DNA of 64,000 bases from Candidatus Bathyarchaeota archaeon (GCA_037386545.1 JARRLY010000011.1:998-64997); one strand, 5' to 3'. Numbered from the stretch's first letter, positions 18,649 through 26,907 are shown. Numbers and translations: made by a program. Notes: a model not told the origin generated them from the sequence alone.

Positions 18649-18795
18649 TCAGCGTTCTTCCATGTATTGTTCCATTTCTTGATACCATTCTTCATCTTGG
18701 ACATCCCCCCATCGGTCTTCCATGTGCGCTCTCATTTCGCCCCACCATTGGTCGTCTACTTCTTCGTCCCAGTGATCTTCCATATTTTGGGGCAT
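18649..18795 (-). CDS. Possible small acidic Trp-rich repeat peptide (48 aa)
   Basis: MPQN + MEDHWDEEVDDQWWGEMRAH + MEDRWGDVQDEEWYQEMEQY + MEER, then TGA. The underlying DNA has an exact 60-nt periodicity (tcttccat at 18656, 18716 and 18776). Confidence 0.25.
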   Translation of the reverse strand: MPQNMEDHWDEEVDDQWWGEMRAHMEDRWGDVQDEEWYQEMEQYMEER

Positions 18796-18887
18796 TTCTT
18801 GCTACCGCTCTTCGTCTTCGTACAGTTGTTCTGCTAAGGAATAATATCCACCAGAGTGTGCTAGAACATAGCTAGTGGAGATTGCTA

Positions 18888-19178
18888 TTACAAAGGCAAC
18901 AACCCTATAACCATTGCAAACAAAGAGTATAGAAAATTGAAAACAACAGGAATACAAACAAAAACAACACCGGCAAAAATCAAGTCCACAAAATACAAGT
19001 AAATCAGCATTGAAAAGTAGCCTTGGAACTTTTTTGTAATCAAAACTTTTTGATTACAGTATTCATAGCCCAGAAAGCGGGAGACAACAAAGCAAACAAA
19101 AACCAATCCAAGAGCTACACCAAACAAAAATTGTAACTGACAATGGAGTTGATAACTTTTCCCAAAAACCAACCACAA
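18888..19178 (-). CDS. Possible small hydrophobic membrane protein
   Basis: A 96-aa ORF that is very hydrophobic and Phe/Val-rich, with a TTG start. It could be a composition artefact of T-rich DNA. Confidence 0.3.
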   Translation of the reverse strand: MWLVFGKSYQLHCQLQFLFGVALGLVFVCFVVSRFLGYEYCNQKVLITKKFQGYFSMLIYLYFVDLIFAGVVFVCIPVVFNFLYSLFAMVIGLLPL

Positions 19179-19181
19179 TCA

Positions 19182-19197
19182 TATTAGCATACTAGTA
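19182..19197. promoter_or_regulatory. Palindromic site TATTAG-CATA-CTAGTA (variant of a recurring 16-bp motif)
   Basis: The extended match CACAATCATATTAG is identical to the site at 36248-36275 (reverse complement). It lies ~85 nt upstream of trxB. Confidence 0.35.
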
Positions 19198-19281
19198 GTA
19201 GGCCTATGGTGAAAACAAGTTTTTCAGAGTCTGTTAACACATGAAAATATATGAGGGTCACAGTCCTTCAATATTTTTGAA

Positions 19282-20199
19282 GTGAAGGTTATGTATGATG
19301 TTATAATTCTTGGTTCAGGACCTGCAGGCTTAACGTCTGCAATTTACACCAGCAGAGCAGGATTAAAGACCTTAGTTGTCGCAGGCCCCATGTGGGGCGG
19401 ACAACTGATGCTTACCCGCGAAGTAGAAAACTTTCCGGGCTTTGAGAATGGAATCCTTGGACCAGAACTGATGACCACAATAAAAAAACAAGCCGAACGA
19501 TGCGGTGCAGAAATAATTTATGAACAAGCGACTGCTGTTGACTTAAAATCCAAACCGTTTAAAATAACAACAGAAAAAGTCTACAAAGCAAAAGCAATCA
19601 TCATAGCAACAGGTGCCTTAGCCAAATGGCTCGGATTAGAAAGCGAAACCCGCCTGAGAGGTAAAGGAGTTTCTGTTTGTGCCACGTGTGATGCCCCGTT
19701 TTTCAGAAATAAAAACGTCGTTGTCGTAGGCGGAGGTGACACAGCTATTGAAGAAGCATTATTCTTGACCAATGTCGTAAATGACGTCAAAATAATTCAC
19801 CGCAGAGACAAATTACGAGCAAACAAATGGCTTCAAGACAATGCATTCAAAAATCCAAAGATTTCTTTTGTATGGAACAGCACAGTGACAGAAGTTTTAG
19901 GAGAAAAGAAGGTCGAAGGAGTTAAACTCCAAAACCTTAAATCAGGAGAAGAATCAACTCTTCCGTGTGACGCAGTATTTTTGGCTATTGGTTTTAAACC
20001 GAACACGGAGATTTTCAAAAATCAAATTGAAATGGACGAAACAGGTTATATTATAGTTCATGATGAAACACGAACAAACATCGAAGGCGTTTTTGTTGCC
20101 GGAGATGTAGCAGATTATCGTTACCGCCAAGCCATTGCCGCCGCGGGGTCTGGATGCAAAGCTGCCCTTGATGTAGAAAAATATCTCCTTAAAAATTAA
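19282..20199 (+). CDS. trxB: Thioredoxin-disulfide reductase
   Basis: DVIILGSGPAGLTSAIY, redox-active CATC, GGGDTAIEEALFL and GVFVAGDV motifs. Confidence 0.9.
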   Translation: MKVMYDVIILGSGPAGLTSAIYTSRAGLKTLVVAGPMWGGQLMLTREVENFPGFENGILGPELMTTIKKQAERCGAEIIYEQATAVDLKSKPFKITTEKVYKAKAIIIATGALAKWLGLESETRLRGKGVSVCATCDAPFFRNKNVVVVGGGDTAIEEALFLTNVVNDVKIIHRRDKLRANKWLQDNAFKNPKISFVWNSTVTEVLGEKKVEGVKLQNLKSGEESTLPCDAVFLAIGFKPNTEIFKNQIEMDETGYIIVHDETRTNIEGVFVAGDVADYRYRQAIAAAGSGCKAALDVEKYLLKN

Positions 20200-20323
20200 A
20201 GGCGAATACGGAAAAGAATGATAAAACGATATTCAAGTAAGCTAACAAACCTTTAGCAATGTCATGACATAATTGAGGTTTATAGGTCTAATCCTCCAAT
20301 TAACACAGTAGGAGAAGTTCGGG

Positions 20324-21488
20324 ATGAGCGCACAATCTTACTCGAAAAAGTTGGGAATTGTAGGGAAACCAAATACTGGTAAGTCTCAAAGCTAACCGTG
20401 GAATCGGATACCTAAGAACTCCATGTGTTCATCCAGAATTTGATGTTGAAGACAACCCAAAAAATTCATTGTGCCTTGATGGTATCCGGCTGGTTCCAAT
20501 TGAAATGATTGATGTAGCAGGCATTGTCCCCGGAGCATGGGAAGGACGAGGACTTGGAAACCAGTTTCTTGACGAGCTCAGACGGGCAGATGCACTTCTT
20601 CATGTGGTGGATGCTTCCGGGTCAACTGATTGTGAAGGCAGAATCTGCAAACAAGGAGAACATGATCCCATAGAGGACATAAAATTTCTTGAAACTGAAA
20701 TAACCCTGTGGATGAACCAAATTCTAAAAAAAGACTGGGCAAAAATTGCACGAACTGCAGGAGCTGGGAAAGAGGATTTGGTTTCTCTTCTTGAAGCACG
20801 ATTGACTGGATTAGGAATCAAACGCTTTCACATACTCGAAAGCCTAAGAAAATCAAGCCTAAGAGCAGATAAACCCGTTTTGTGGAGCGATGATGACTTG
20901 ATAAAGTTTTTAGATACTTTACGAACTGTTTCCAAGCCAACATTGATTGTGGCAAACAAGATTGATCGTCCCCATGCAGAAGAAAACGTGAAAAGAATGC
21001 AAGAAATGGGATACAAGGTTGTGCCGTGCAGTGCAGAAGCAGAACTTGCCCTTCGAAGAGCATCTGAAAAAGGTTTAATCAGCTACACCCCCGGTGATTG
21101 CAAATTAAACATAACAAAATCAGACAAACTCAATTCTGCACAAAAAAATGCGTTAACCAAAATTCAAGAAAACATTCTATATAACGTTGGCTCAACTGGC
21201 GTGCAAAAAGCCATAAACACTGCATTTCTAGAGTTACTACAGATGGTTGCAGTTTATCCAGTAGAAGACTGCGAACACCTAAGCGACCACAAAGGTAGAG
21301 TACTTCCTGATGTTTATCTTGTACCTTATGGCACTACAGCACGACAACTAGCGTACATAATTCACACAGAACTTGGAGATAGCTTCATCCATGCAATAGA
21401 TATTCGAGGCAAAAACCGAATCGGAGAAGATTGCGTCTTGAAAGACCGAGATGTCATTTCAATAGTCAGCGCCAAAAAAAGAGGCTAA
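20324..21488 (+). pseudogene. YchF/OLA1-like Obg-family GTPase, disrupted just after the P-loop
   Basis: 20324-20395 encodes MSAQSYSKKLGIVGKPNTGKSQS then a stop. The rest (ANRGIGYLRTPC...[32 protein letters not shown]...) continues in another frame. The ~20-aa TFFxAxT...NYPFTT switch-I segment expected between them is absent. Confidence 0.7.
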
Positions 21489-21496
21489 TCAAGATC

Positions 21497-22127
21497 TTAT
21501 TTTCCGAAGCGACGTTTTCTTCTTTGGTAGGTTCTAACTGCACGCAAAAGGTCAATGTGACGAAAATCAGGCCAGTTAACATCAACAAAACAAAGCTCAC
21601 TGTATGCAGACTGCCAGGAAAGAAAACCGCTTAACCGCTCTTCTCCGGATGTTCGAATAATTAAATCAGCGTCTTGCCTAGGCATATGAGCTGTATACAA
21701 GTAGTTTTCAAAAAGGTTCGGGTTCTGGCAAAAGATCAATGCGCCCAATTGCCTTTACTCTGATTTTGTTTTCATGAATTTTTTCATCTTTAGGTATCAA
21801 TTGCAAATTTTCTTCAATTAGTTTCATGATTTCTGCTACTTCTTCTTTGGGGCGCCGAAAATTCTCAGTTGAAAACGCATACAAGGTAATGAACTTAACA
21901 TCTAATTCTATACACCAATCCATCAAATCATGGATTTTGTTGGCACCATGGCGATGGCCAATCCACGGGATAAGTGATTTTTGGGATGCCCATCTGCGGT
22001 TTCCGTCAAGAATTATTGCAACGTGCTCAGGTTTCTTTCCCTTTTTGACTTGTAAAGCTAGCCATTTTTCATAAACTTTGTAAATACCCAAAAGAGAAAG
22101 TAAACGTTCAATCATGTTTTTTGCCAC
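21497..22127 (-). pseudogene. uppS: cis-prenyltransferase (undecaprenyl/di-trans,poly-cis-polyprenyl diphosphate synthase), disrupted
   Basis: The N-terminal part has HVAIILDGNRRWA and LYAFSTENFRRP. The C-terminal part ([24 protein letters not shown]...RRFG) is in another frame. The frames meet at a T5 run (plus 21710-21714), and ~50 aa between IGRxxLLP and DLIIRTSGE seem to be missing. Confidence 0.7.
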
Positions 22128-22256
22128 ACAGACTAAATACAGACCCTATAAATGTCTATTGCCTATTTTTTCCGATTTGGAGAGTGAAAGGGAGAAGTGT
22201 ATAGACAAACAAGTTAGATAATAAGTGTTTCAATTAGCTTTGGTAAGACAATAGGA

Positions 22257-23429
22257 TTATTCTTCTTCGAAATCTTCTATTGTTTGGTCTGTTTTTTTGA
22301 AATAATCACTGTATTTTCTACGCAAGAGAAGTGCAGTCAAGAACGCAGAAACAATAACCGGAATACCCCCAACAATGGAGTACACCAACGGACCATATTG
22401 GTAAGCAGGGTCAATTAGAATGTTTGAGGCTTCACCAAACATAACTGACGACCAAGCAACACCAATTATGATAACAATAGTACGCCACAGACGCAAATCA
22501 TGTTCAAGGAACCATCGTACGGCTCTGCCTGAAAGTATAACACAAATCCCAACAGCTATGAGATATGTTGACTCTCGAATAAATTCTCCAACAAGCCTTG
22601 GAACAATGGCAAAGGGATCGCCTTCAGTAGTAGTTACTACCGTTGCCACAGTAGTTCCTCCTAAGTATCCGCCTACAACAATTACCAATATTCCCGCAAT
22701 GGCTGAAAAACCAGCAATTTGCACAGTAAAGGGTGGAGGAGAATATTCTTTGGTCCATTTAACAAAGCCATATACTGTTTTGTCAACTCCAAAACCTCTC
22801 CAAACAAGAAACGCACCAATGATCAACACCAGAGCAGGTATTGCATAATCTAGACCCCGAGGAATAAACGATAGAGCAGCAAGAACAATGCAAAGAACTC
22901 CCGGAAGACCTAAAACCAATCTGGAATACCTAGGGTTTTCGACAAGGAGTTTCATGTATCTTGAGAAAACTGCTGCAGTCTCTTCTATTGATTTGCTGTG
23001 CTGAATTACTACACGCCGAACTGAAGTAACGGGAACCCTTGATTCAATTAGTGGCAACACCATTTCGTCTGTGTAGCCGTCAGTAACTAAGATAACGTCT
23101 GTTGCTTTGAACGCTTCCAAAACTTCAGTAAGTTCTATTACAAGTTGCCTGTCTGCCTCTACCCCTTGTAAATCAGAACCTGCTATGGTTGCAACTTGAT
23201 ATTCTTCTTCACCCTTGGCACTTTTTCTAAGGTTATCAAAAATCCTAACCGCTTCAAACATAGCATTTGCGTCTGCTTCTTCAGGGTCACGAAGAGCTAA
23301 ACTTGCAGCAGCGTTCACGTTCTCTTTTCTTCCAAGAACCGGAGTATTGATGCCTGCTTTCATGCCGATGTCGTCGTCTCGGTCAACACATAAAATTAGA
23401 ATACGTTCAGACTTGGCTGCTGTGGGCAT
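22257..23429 (-). CDS. DUF373-like archaeal membrane protein
   Basis: A cytoplasmic N-domain (ILILCVDRDDDIGMKAGINTPVLGR...DPEEADANAMFEA) followed by ~7 TM helices. This resembles DUF373 as I recall it. Confidence 0.6.
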   Translation of the reverse strand: MPTAAKSERILILCVDRDDDIGMKAGINTPVLGRKENVNAAASLALRDPEEADANAMFEAVRIFDNLRKSAKGEEEYQVATIAGSDLQGVEADRQLVIELTEVLEAFKATDVILVTDGYTDEMVLPLIESRVPVTSVRRVVIQHSKSIEETAAVFSRYMKLLVENPRYSRLVLGLPGVLCIVLAALSFIPRGLDYAIPALVLIIGAFLVWRGFGVDKTVYGFVKWTKEYSPPPFTVQIAGFSAIAGILVIVVGGYLGGTTVATVVTTTEGDPFAIVPRLVGEFIRESTYLIAVGICVILSGRAVRWFLEHDLRLWRTIVIIIGVAWSSVMFGEASNILIDPAYQYGPLVYSIVGGIPVIVSAFLTALLLRRKYSDYFKKTDQTIEDFEEE

Positions 23430-23536
23430 AATTGCTCTCCTTGTATTACTAATTTACTTGGAGGCACACTTTAATTTTATCTTTATTCCTTTGTATTCAC
23501 ATCTGTACGAATACCTGTTTCAGAAGCTAACAAAAA

Positions 23537-24409
23537 TTAAAGCAACCCTTTCTCAGCCAAAATCTGAAATTCTTCCCACAAAAGCTTCTCGCCATTCTTC
23601 AATTTCTCCACTGCACGTTCTTCAAGTTCCTGTTTAAGTTCATCGTGGCGTACAGCTTTCTTTTGATCTGCTGATTCTTTCAAATCTTTTTGAATTTCTT
23701 TTATTTGTTTAATCAACTCAATACATTTTTCGTGTTTTTCTTGAGCTTTTTGTCTTGCTTCAACAAATTCTTTGTGAGCATCATCTGCTTCAACTTGAAG
23801 TTCTTTCGCCGTCTCAATAATAGCAATCATCTGTGTATGACATTTTTGGCTTTCTTCAGCCAAATCAGAAAGTTTCTCATGAAAAGTTTTAGCTTCCGTT
23901 CCAAAACTTCTTTGTTCACTGCGCAACTCGTATAATTGATCTTTAACTTTTTTTATGCGTTTTTGAGTTACCAATTGGGTTTCAAGTTCTCGCACTTGAT
24001 TTATTAATTGTTGTTCTTCTTTAAGGGGTAAAGAATTTGTTTGAATTTCCCAATCAATCTCTTGAATTCTTCTAGACACTTGCCGTAAGTTGCCTTTGGG
24101 AGTATCTTCTTTTAAGTTATTGATTTTTTCTTGTAATTCAGAAATTTTGCCACGTTTTTCTTTTCCTTTAGCAGAAACTTCATTACGCAGATTTTTAAGT
24201 TCTTGAACTTGCTTGTTGATGGCGTCTCTTTTTTCTTTGAATGTTTTAGCGTCTTTTCGCATGTTCTTTATTCGTTCATTGAGTTTGTTTCTTTTTTCTG
24301 CACACTTTTTTGCTTGTAAATTTAGTTGATTTCTTTCTTCTTTGAGGGGAATTAACTCTTGATTTAGGTCATTGATTTTGCTTTTTGTATCGTTGGCTAT
24401 TTTTTTCAC
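23537..24409 (-). CDS. Archaeal coiled-coil protein (COG1340-like), hypothetical
   Basis: A 290-aa protein, almost entirely charged heptad repeats (K/E/Q/L-rich), with no TM. Confidence 0.6.
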   Translation of the reverse strand: MKKIANDTKSKINDLNQELIPLKEERNQLNLQAKKCAEKRNKLNERIKNMRKDAKTFKEKRDAINKQVQELKNLRNEVSAKGKEKRGKISELQEKINNLKEDTPKGNLRQVSRRIQEIDWEIQTNSLPLKEEQQLINQVRELETQLVTQKRIKKVKDQLYELRSEQRSFGTEAKTFHEKLSDLAEESQKCHTQMIAIIETAKELQVEADDAHKEFVEARQKAQEKHEKCIELIKQIKEIQKDLKESADQKKAVRHDELKQELEERAVEKLKNGEKLLWEEFQILAEKGLL

Positions 24410-24501
24410 TTCCTATGTTCGGCCATCTTTTGTGTTGCTTGGCAGTTTGTTTCACTTTTTGTTAAATCTGCAAGTGTGATGTGTGTTCTATAATAATAGC
24501 T

Positions 24502-25230
24502 TTATTCCAATATGATCCGTGCGTCAACAGTTTTGGCTCCCTTTTCATAAACCATAATAGGGTTTAGGTCAAGCTCTCTTATTTCAGGATAATCCATTAC
24601 AAGTTTTGAGACATTTAATAAAATTTTTGTTAAAGCCTCAATATCTGCTGGTGGTTGACCGCGGCAGCCTTGAAGAATTGGGTATGCTTTTACTTCAGTC
24701 ATCATTTCTCGCGCATCTGTCTCGTATATGGGTGCAATCCTAAATGAAACGTCTTTCATTACTTCCACGAAGGTTCCACCAAAACCAAACATCAATGTCG
24801 GACCAAATTGTGGATCTTTAATGCAACCAACAATAACTTCGGTGGAACTAGGCGCCATTTCTTGAATTAGAATACCATCAATTTGTGCATTTGGTTTATG
24901 CTTTTTTACATTTTCTATGATTTTATTATAGGCACTTTTTGCTTGTTCTTTGCTATTAACGTCAAGAATTACGCCACCAACATCAAATTTGTGTAGCACA
25001 TCAGGAGAAATAATTTTTAGAACTACAGGATAACCTATCTGTGCAGATAATTCTGCGGCTTCCTTTGCGTTTTTTGATATTTTTACTTTTGTAACTGGTA
25101 TTCCGTATTCCTGACAAACAGCTTTTGCTTCGTATTCAAGAAGAAATTTTCGGCCTTCAGTTTTGGCTTGTTCAAATATCTTTGTAACTTTTTCCGACAA
25201 TATTAACAACCTTTTCTCCTTTGGCTGCAA
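24502..25230 (-). CDS. ADP-forming acetyl-CoA synthetase beta subunit-like ATP-grasp protein
   Basis: LEYEAKAVCQEYGIPV...IGYPVVLKIISPDVLHKFDVGGVILDV...ELDLNPIM is typical of the ACD beta/ATP-grasp domain. TTG start, exact start uncertain. Confidence 0.75.
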   Translation of the reverse strand: MQPKEKRLLILSEKVTKIFEQAKTEGRKFLLEYEAKAVCQEYGIPVTKVKISKNAKEAAELSAQIGYPVVLKIISPDVLHKFDVGGVILDVNSKEQAKSAYNKIIENVKKHKPNAQIDGILIQEMAPSSTEVIVGCIKDPQFGPTLMFGFGGTFVEVMKDVSFRIAPIYETDAREMMTEVKAYPILQGCRGQPPADIEALTKILLNVSKLVMDYPEIRELDLNPIMVYEKGAKTVDARIILE

Positions 25231-25336
25231 AAAGCAAGGTAGCTTTTCCCCTTTCTAAAGTTTTCGTATATATTATTGTTACCCTTATTGTGTGTTAAAT
25301 GGTTTTAGAAAAAACTAGTTTTCAACATTACACTGT

Positions 25337-25352
25337 TATAAGTATCCTAATA
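25337..25352. promoter_or_regulatory. Palindromic site TATAAG-TATC-CTAATA (recurring 16-bp motif)
   Basis: Lies ~110 nt upstream of the acd-beta-like gene. One arm mismatch relative to TATTAG-N4-CTAATA. Confidence 0.35.
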
Positions 25353-25429
25353 TGTTCATCAAAACTAAAGAACAAAACTTACTATCTTTTGAAATTTCAG
25401 AAAAAAGGTAATTTTCAACATAGAACATC

Positions 25430-25445
25430 TATTAGGATACTAATA
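25430..25445. promoter_or_regulatory. Palindromic site TATTAG-GATA-CTAATA (recurring 16-bp motif)
   Basis: Perfect arms. It is inverted relative to the 25337 copy, which lies 77 bp away. Confidence 0.35.
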
Positions 25446-25482
25446 TACTAGTCAGGGAAATTAATTCCACACAAAATTTAGT

Positions 25483-25698
25483 TTACTGGCCTCTGACTAA
25501 TAACAAAACAAATCCTATCACTGCAACTACACCACCAATTCCAGCAAATACTCCTGAGAAGTTACTGATGGCTCCTGTTGGGAGGTCATTGGCGTAGTAT
25601 GCGATTGCAGCTCCGATGATTATGAGTACTAAACCGATTATTTTTGTTATTAAGGTTAAACCGATTGGTGTGTCTTCGCTCATGTGATGGACCCTCAA
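25483..25698 (-). CDS. Small two-TM membrane protein, hypothetical
   Basis: A 71-aa protein with two Gly/Ile/Val-rich hydrophobic helices. Confidence 0.4.
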   Translation of the reverse strand: MRVHHMSEDTPIGLTLITKIIGLVLIIIGAAIAYYANDLPTGAISNFSGVFAGIGGVVAVIGFVLLLVRGQ

Positions 25699-25774
25699 GA
25701 TTCAGTTTTACGGGGTCAGGTGTATTTTAATATAATGGTAAGTCAAGCAAAACAAATGAATTTTTCTAATTTTT

Positions 25775-26345
25775 TCAAAAAATGGAGTACTCTAATTTGT
25801 TTCCTTTTCGGTCAAGCAATACTATGTTCTTTTTTGTTTGGTAAGGATAACCAGTTATAATCATTATTTTTCCATAAAATTGATTTAAATCAGTAGTTGA
25901 CGGCCGTAGTACCCCTGAAGGGTGAGAATGGGCAATACCAATAACTGAAAAATCTATTGGAAGTCTGCTTAAAGGGAAGCCAGAGAAAGAATGGCCATGG
26001 GTAGCCAGGGGTGGAATTTGAAGGTCGTTGATTTCCGAATTTGTCTGCATATTTTTCTATGCCCCCATGAGCATTTGATACACGCTGGAGATGATGATAA
26101 AACTCGTGGAGAATTATGTGGGGGCTACAAAGAACTTCTCTGCGGGCAACATGGATTGTTCGGGTGTTTCCAACGTAACAAGCTGGGTTTTTTGAGTACC
26201 TTTTGGGCACACCCATTTTAAGTTTTGGTTCTATGACTTTATAATGGGCGCTAAGGAGTTTCAGGGCATCTTCTGTGTCTTTGGATAAAATTAGGTAAAC
26301 AATTTTTGCTTGAAACAAACAATCACTGTCGAACATAGTCAGCAA
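25775..26345 (-). pseudogene. JAB/MPN+ (JAMM) metalloprotease with an N-terminal extension and a frame break at a homopolymer
   Basis: The downstream frame has GIAHSHPSGVLRPSTTDL (HxHx7Sx2D) and an AfJAMM-like tail YGKIMIITGYPY. The upstream frame supplies the conserved Glu (LHEFY) ~45 residues before HxH. Deleting one A from GAAAAATATG (plus T5 at 26052-26056) fuses the frames. Length is 3n+1. Confidence 0.7.
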
Positions 26346-26696
26346 AGCACCTGAAGGTAAAGAAACTATTTCGGTTTTTCCTACAAAAACGTTTACAGTT
26401 TAATGCCAAAAGAGAAAGCAGTACCCCAACCCAAAATAAAACTGAGCCATCAGGGGGAGATAAAGCTAGTTTCCGATTGGGGTACCACTCTCCCAAAAGG
26501 AACATATGTTAGTAATAAATATTGCTGAATTCAAAACAAAAACTGGCCCATTGAATGTAACAAATAAGTAATAATCAAGCAATTATGTTGAATTTTATTA
26601 TCAATATGAAAAAATCAGCATTCAAGAATATATCATTCAATTAATTTTATGAAAATGAGTTTTTTTATGTTTAAAACACAAAAACATGTTTTCTAA

Positions 26697-26907
26697 AACT
26701 CTGGAAACGAGAAATCAAAACATTCCTGAAAATTAAAAAGAAAGCAGAACAAGAAGCATTCAGTAGATATGGCTTAACCTACATTGTGGATGAGTATTTG
26801 CCTGCAAAACTTGAACACAATGTAGGTTAAGCCATATCTACTGAATGCTTCTTGTTCTGCTTTCTTTTTAATTTTCAGGAATGTTTTGATTTCTCGTTTC
26901 CAGAGTT
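26697..26907. repeat. Perfect palindrome with 92-bp arms (26697-26788 and 26816-26907) and a 27-bp spacer, covering the 3' end of top6A
   Basis: The arms are exact reverse complements by direct reading. The left arm plus spacer encode ...[39 protein letters not shown] on the + strand. Confidence 0.95.

Noticed and set aside
18567-18875. Two overlapping plus-strand ORFs (102 and 88 aa) rich in Phe, Leu, His and Pro
   Set aside because: They are the antisense images of the 60-nt-periodic acidic repeat on the minus strand. Their periodic hydrophobic composition is a by-product of GAA/GAT/TGG-rich codons on the other strand.
20383-20392. GGTAAGT, a eukaryote-like 5' splice-site consensus, exactly at the break in the ychF-like gene
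   Set aside because: The string is simply the Gly-Lys-Ser codons (GGT AAG TCT) of the P-loop. There is no branch or acceptor context, and archaeal introns use bulge-helix-bulge motifs rather than GT-AG.
26094-26108. HEFYH, which looks like an HExxH zinc-metalloprotease motif and suggested a separate small peptidase gene upstream of the JAMM fragment
   Set aside because: After the frames are joined, the Glu lies about 45 residues before the HxH of the JAMM site. That matches the spacing of the JAMM catalytic Glu, so it belongs to the same MPN+ domain rather than to a second protease.
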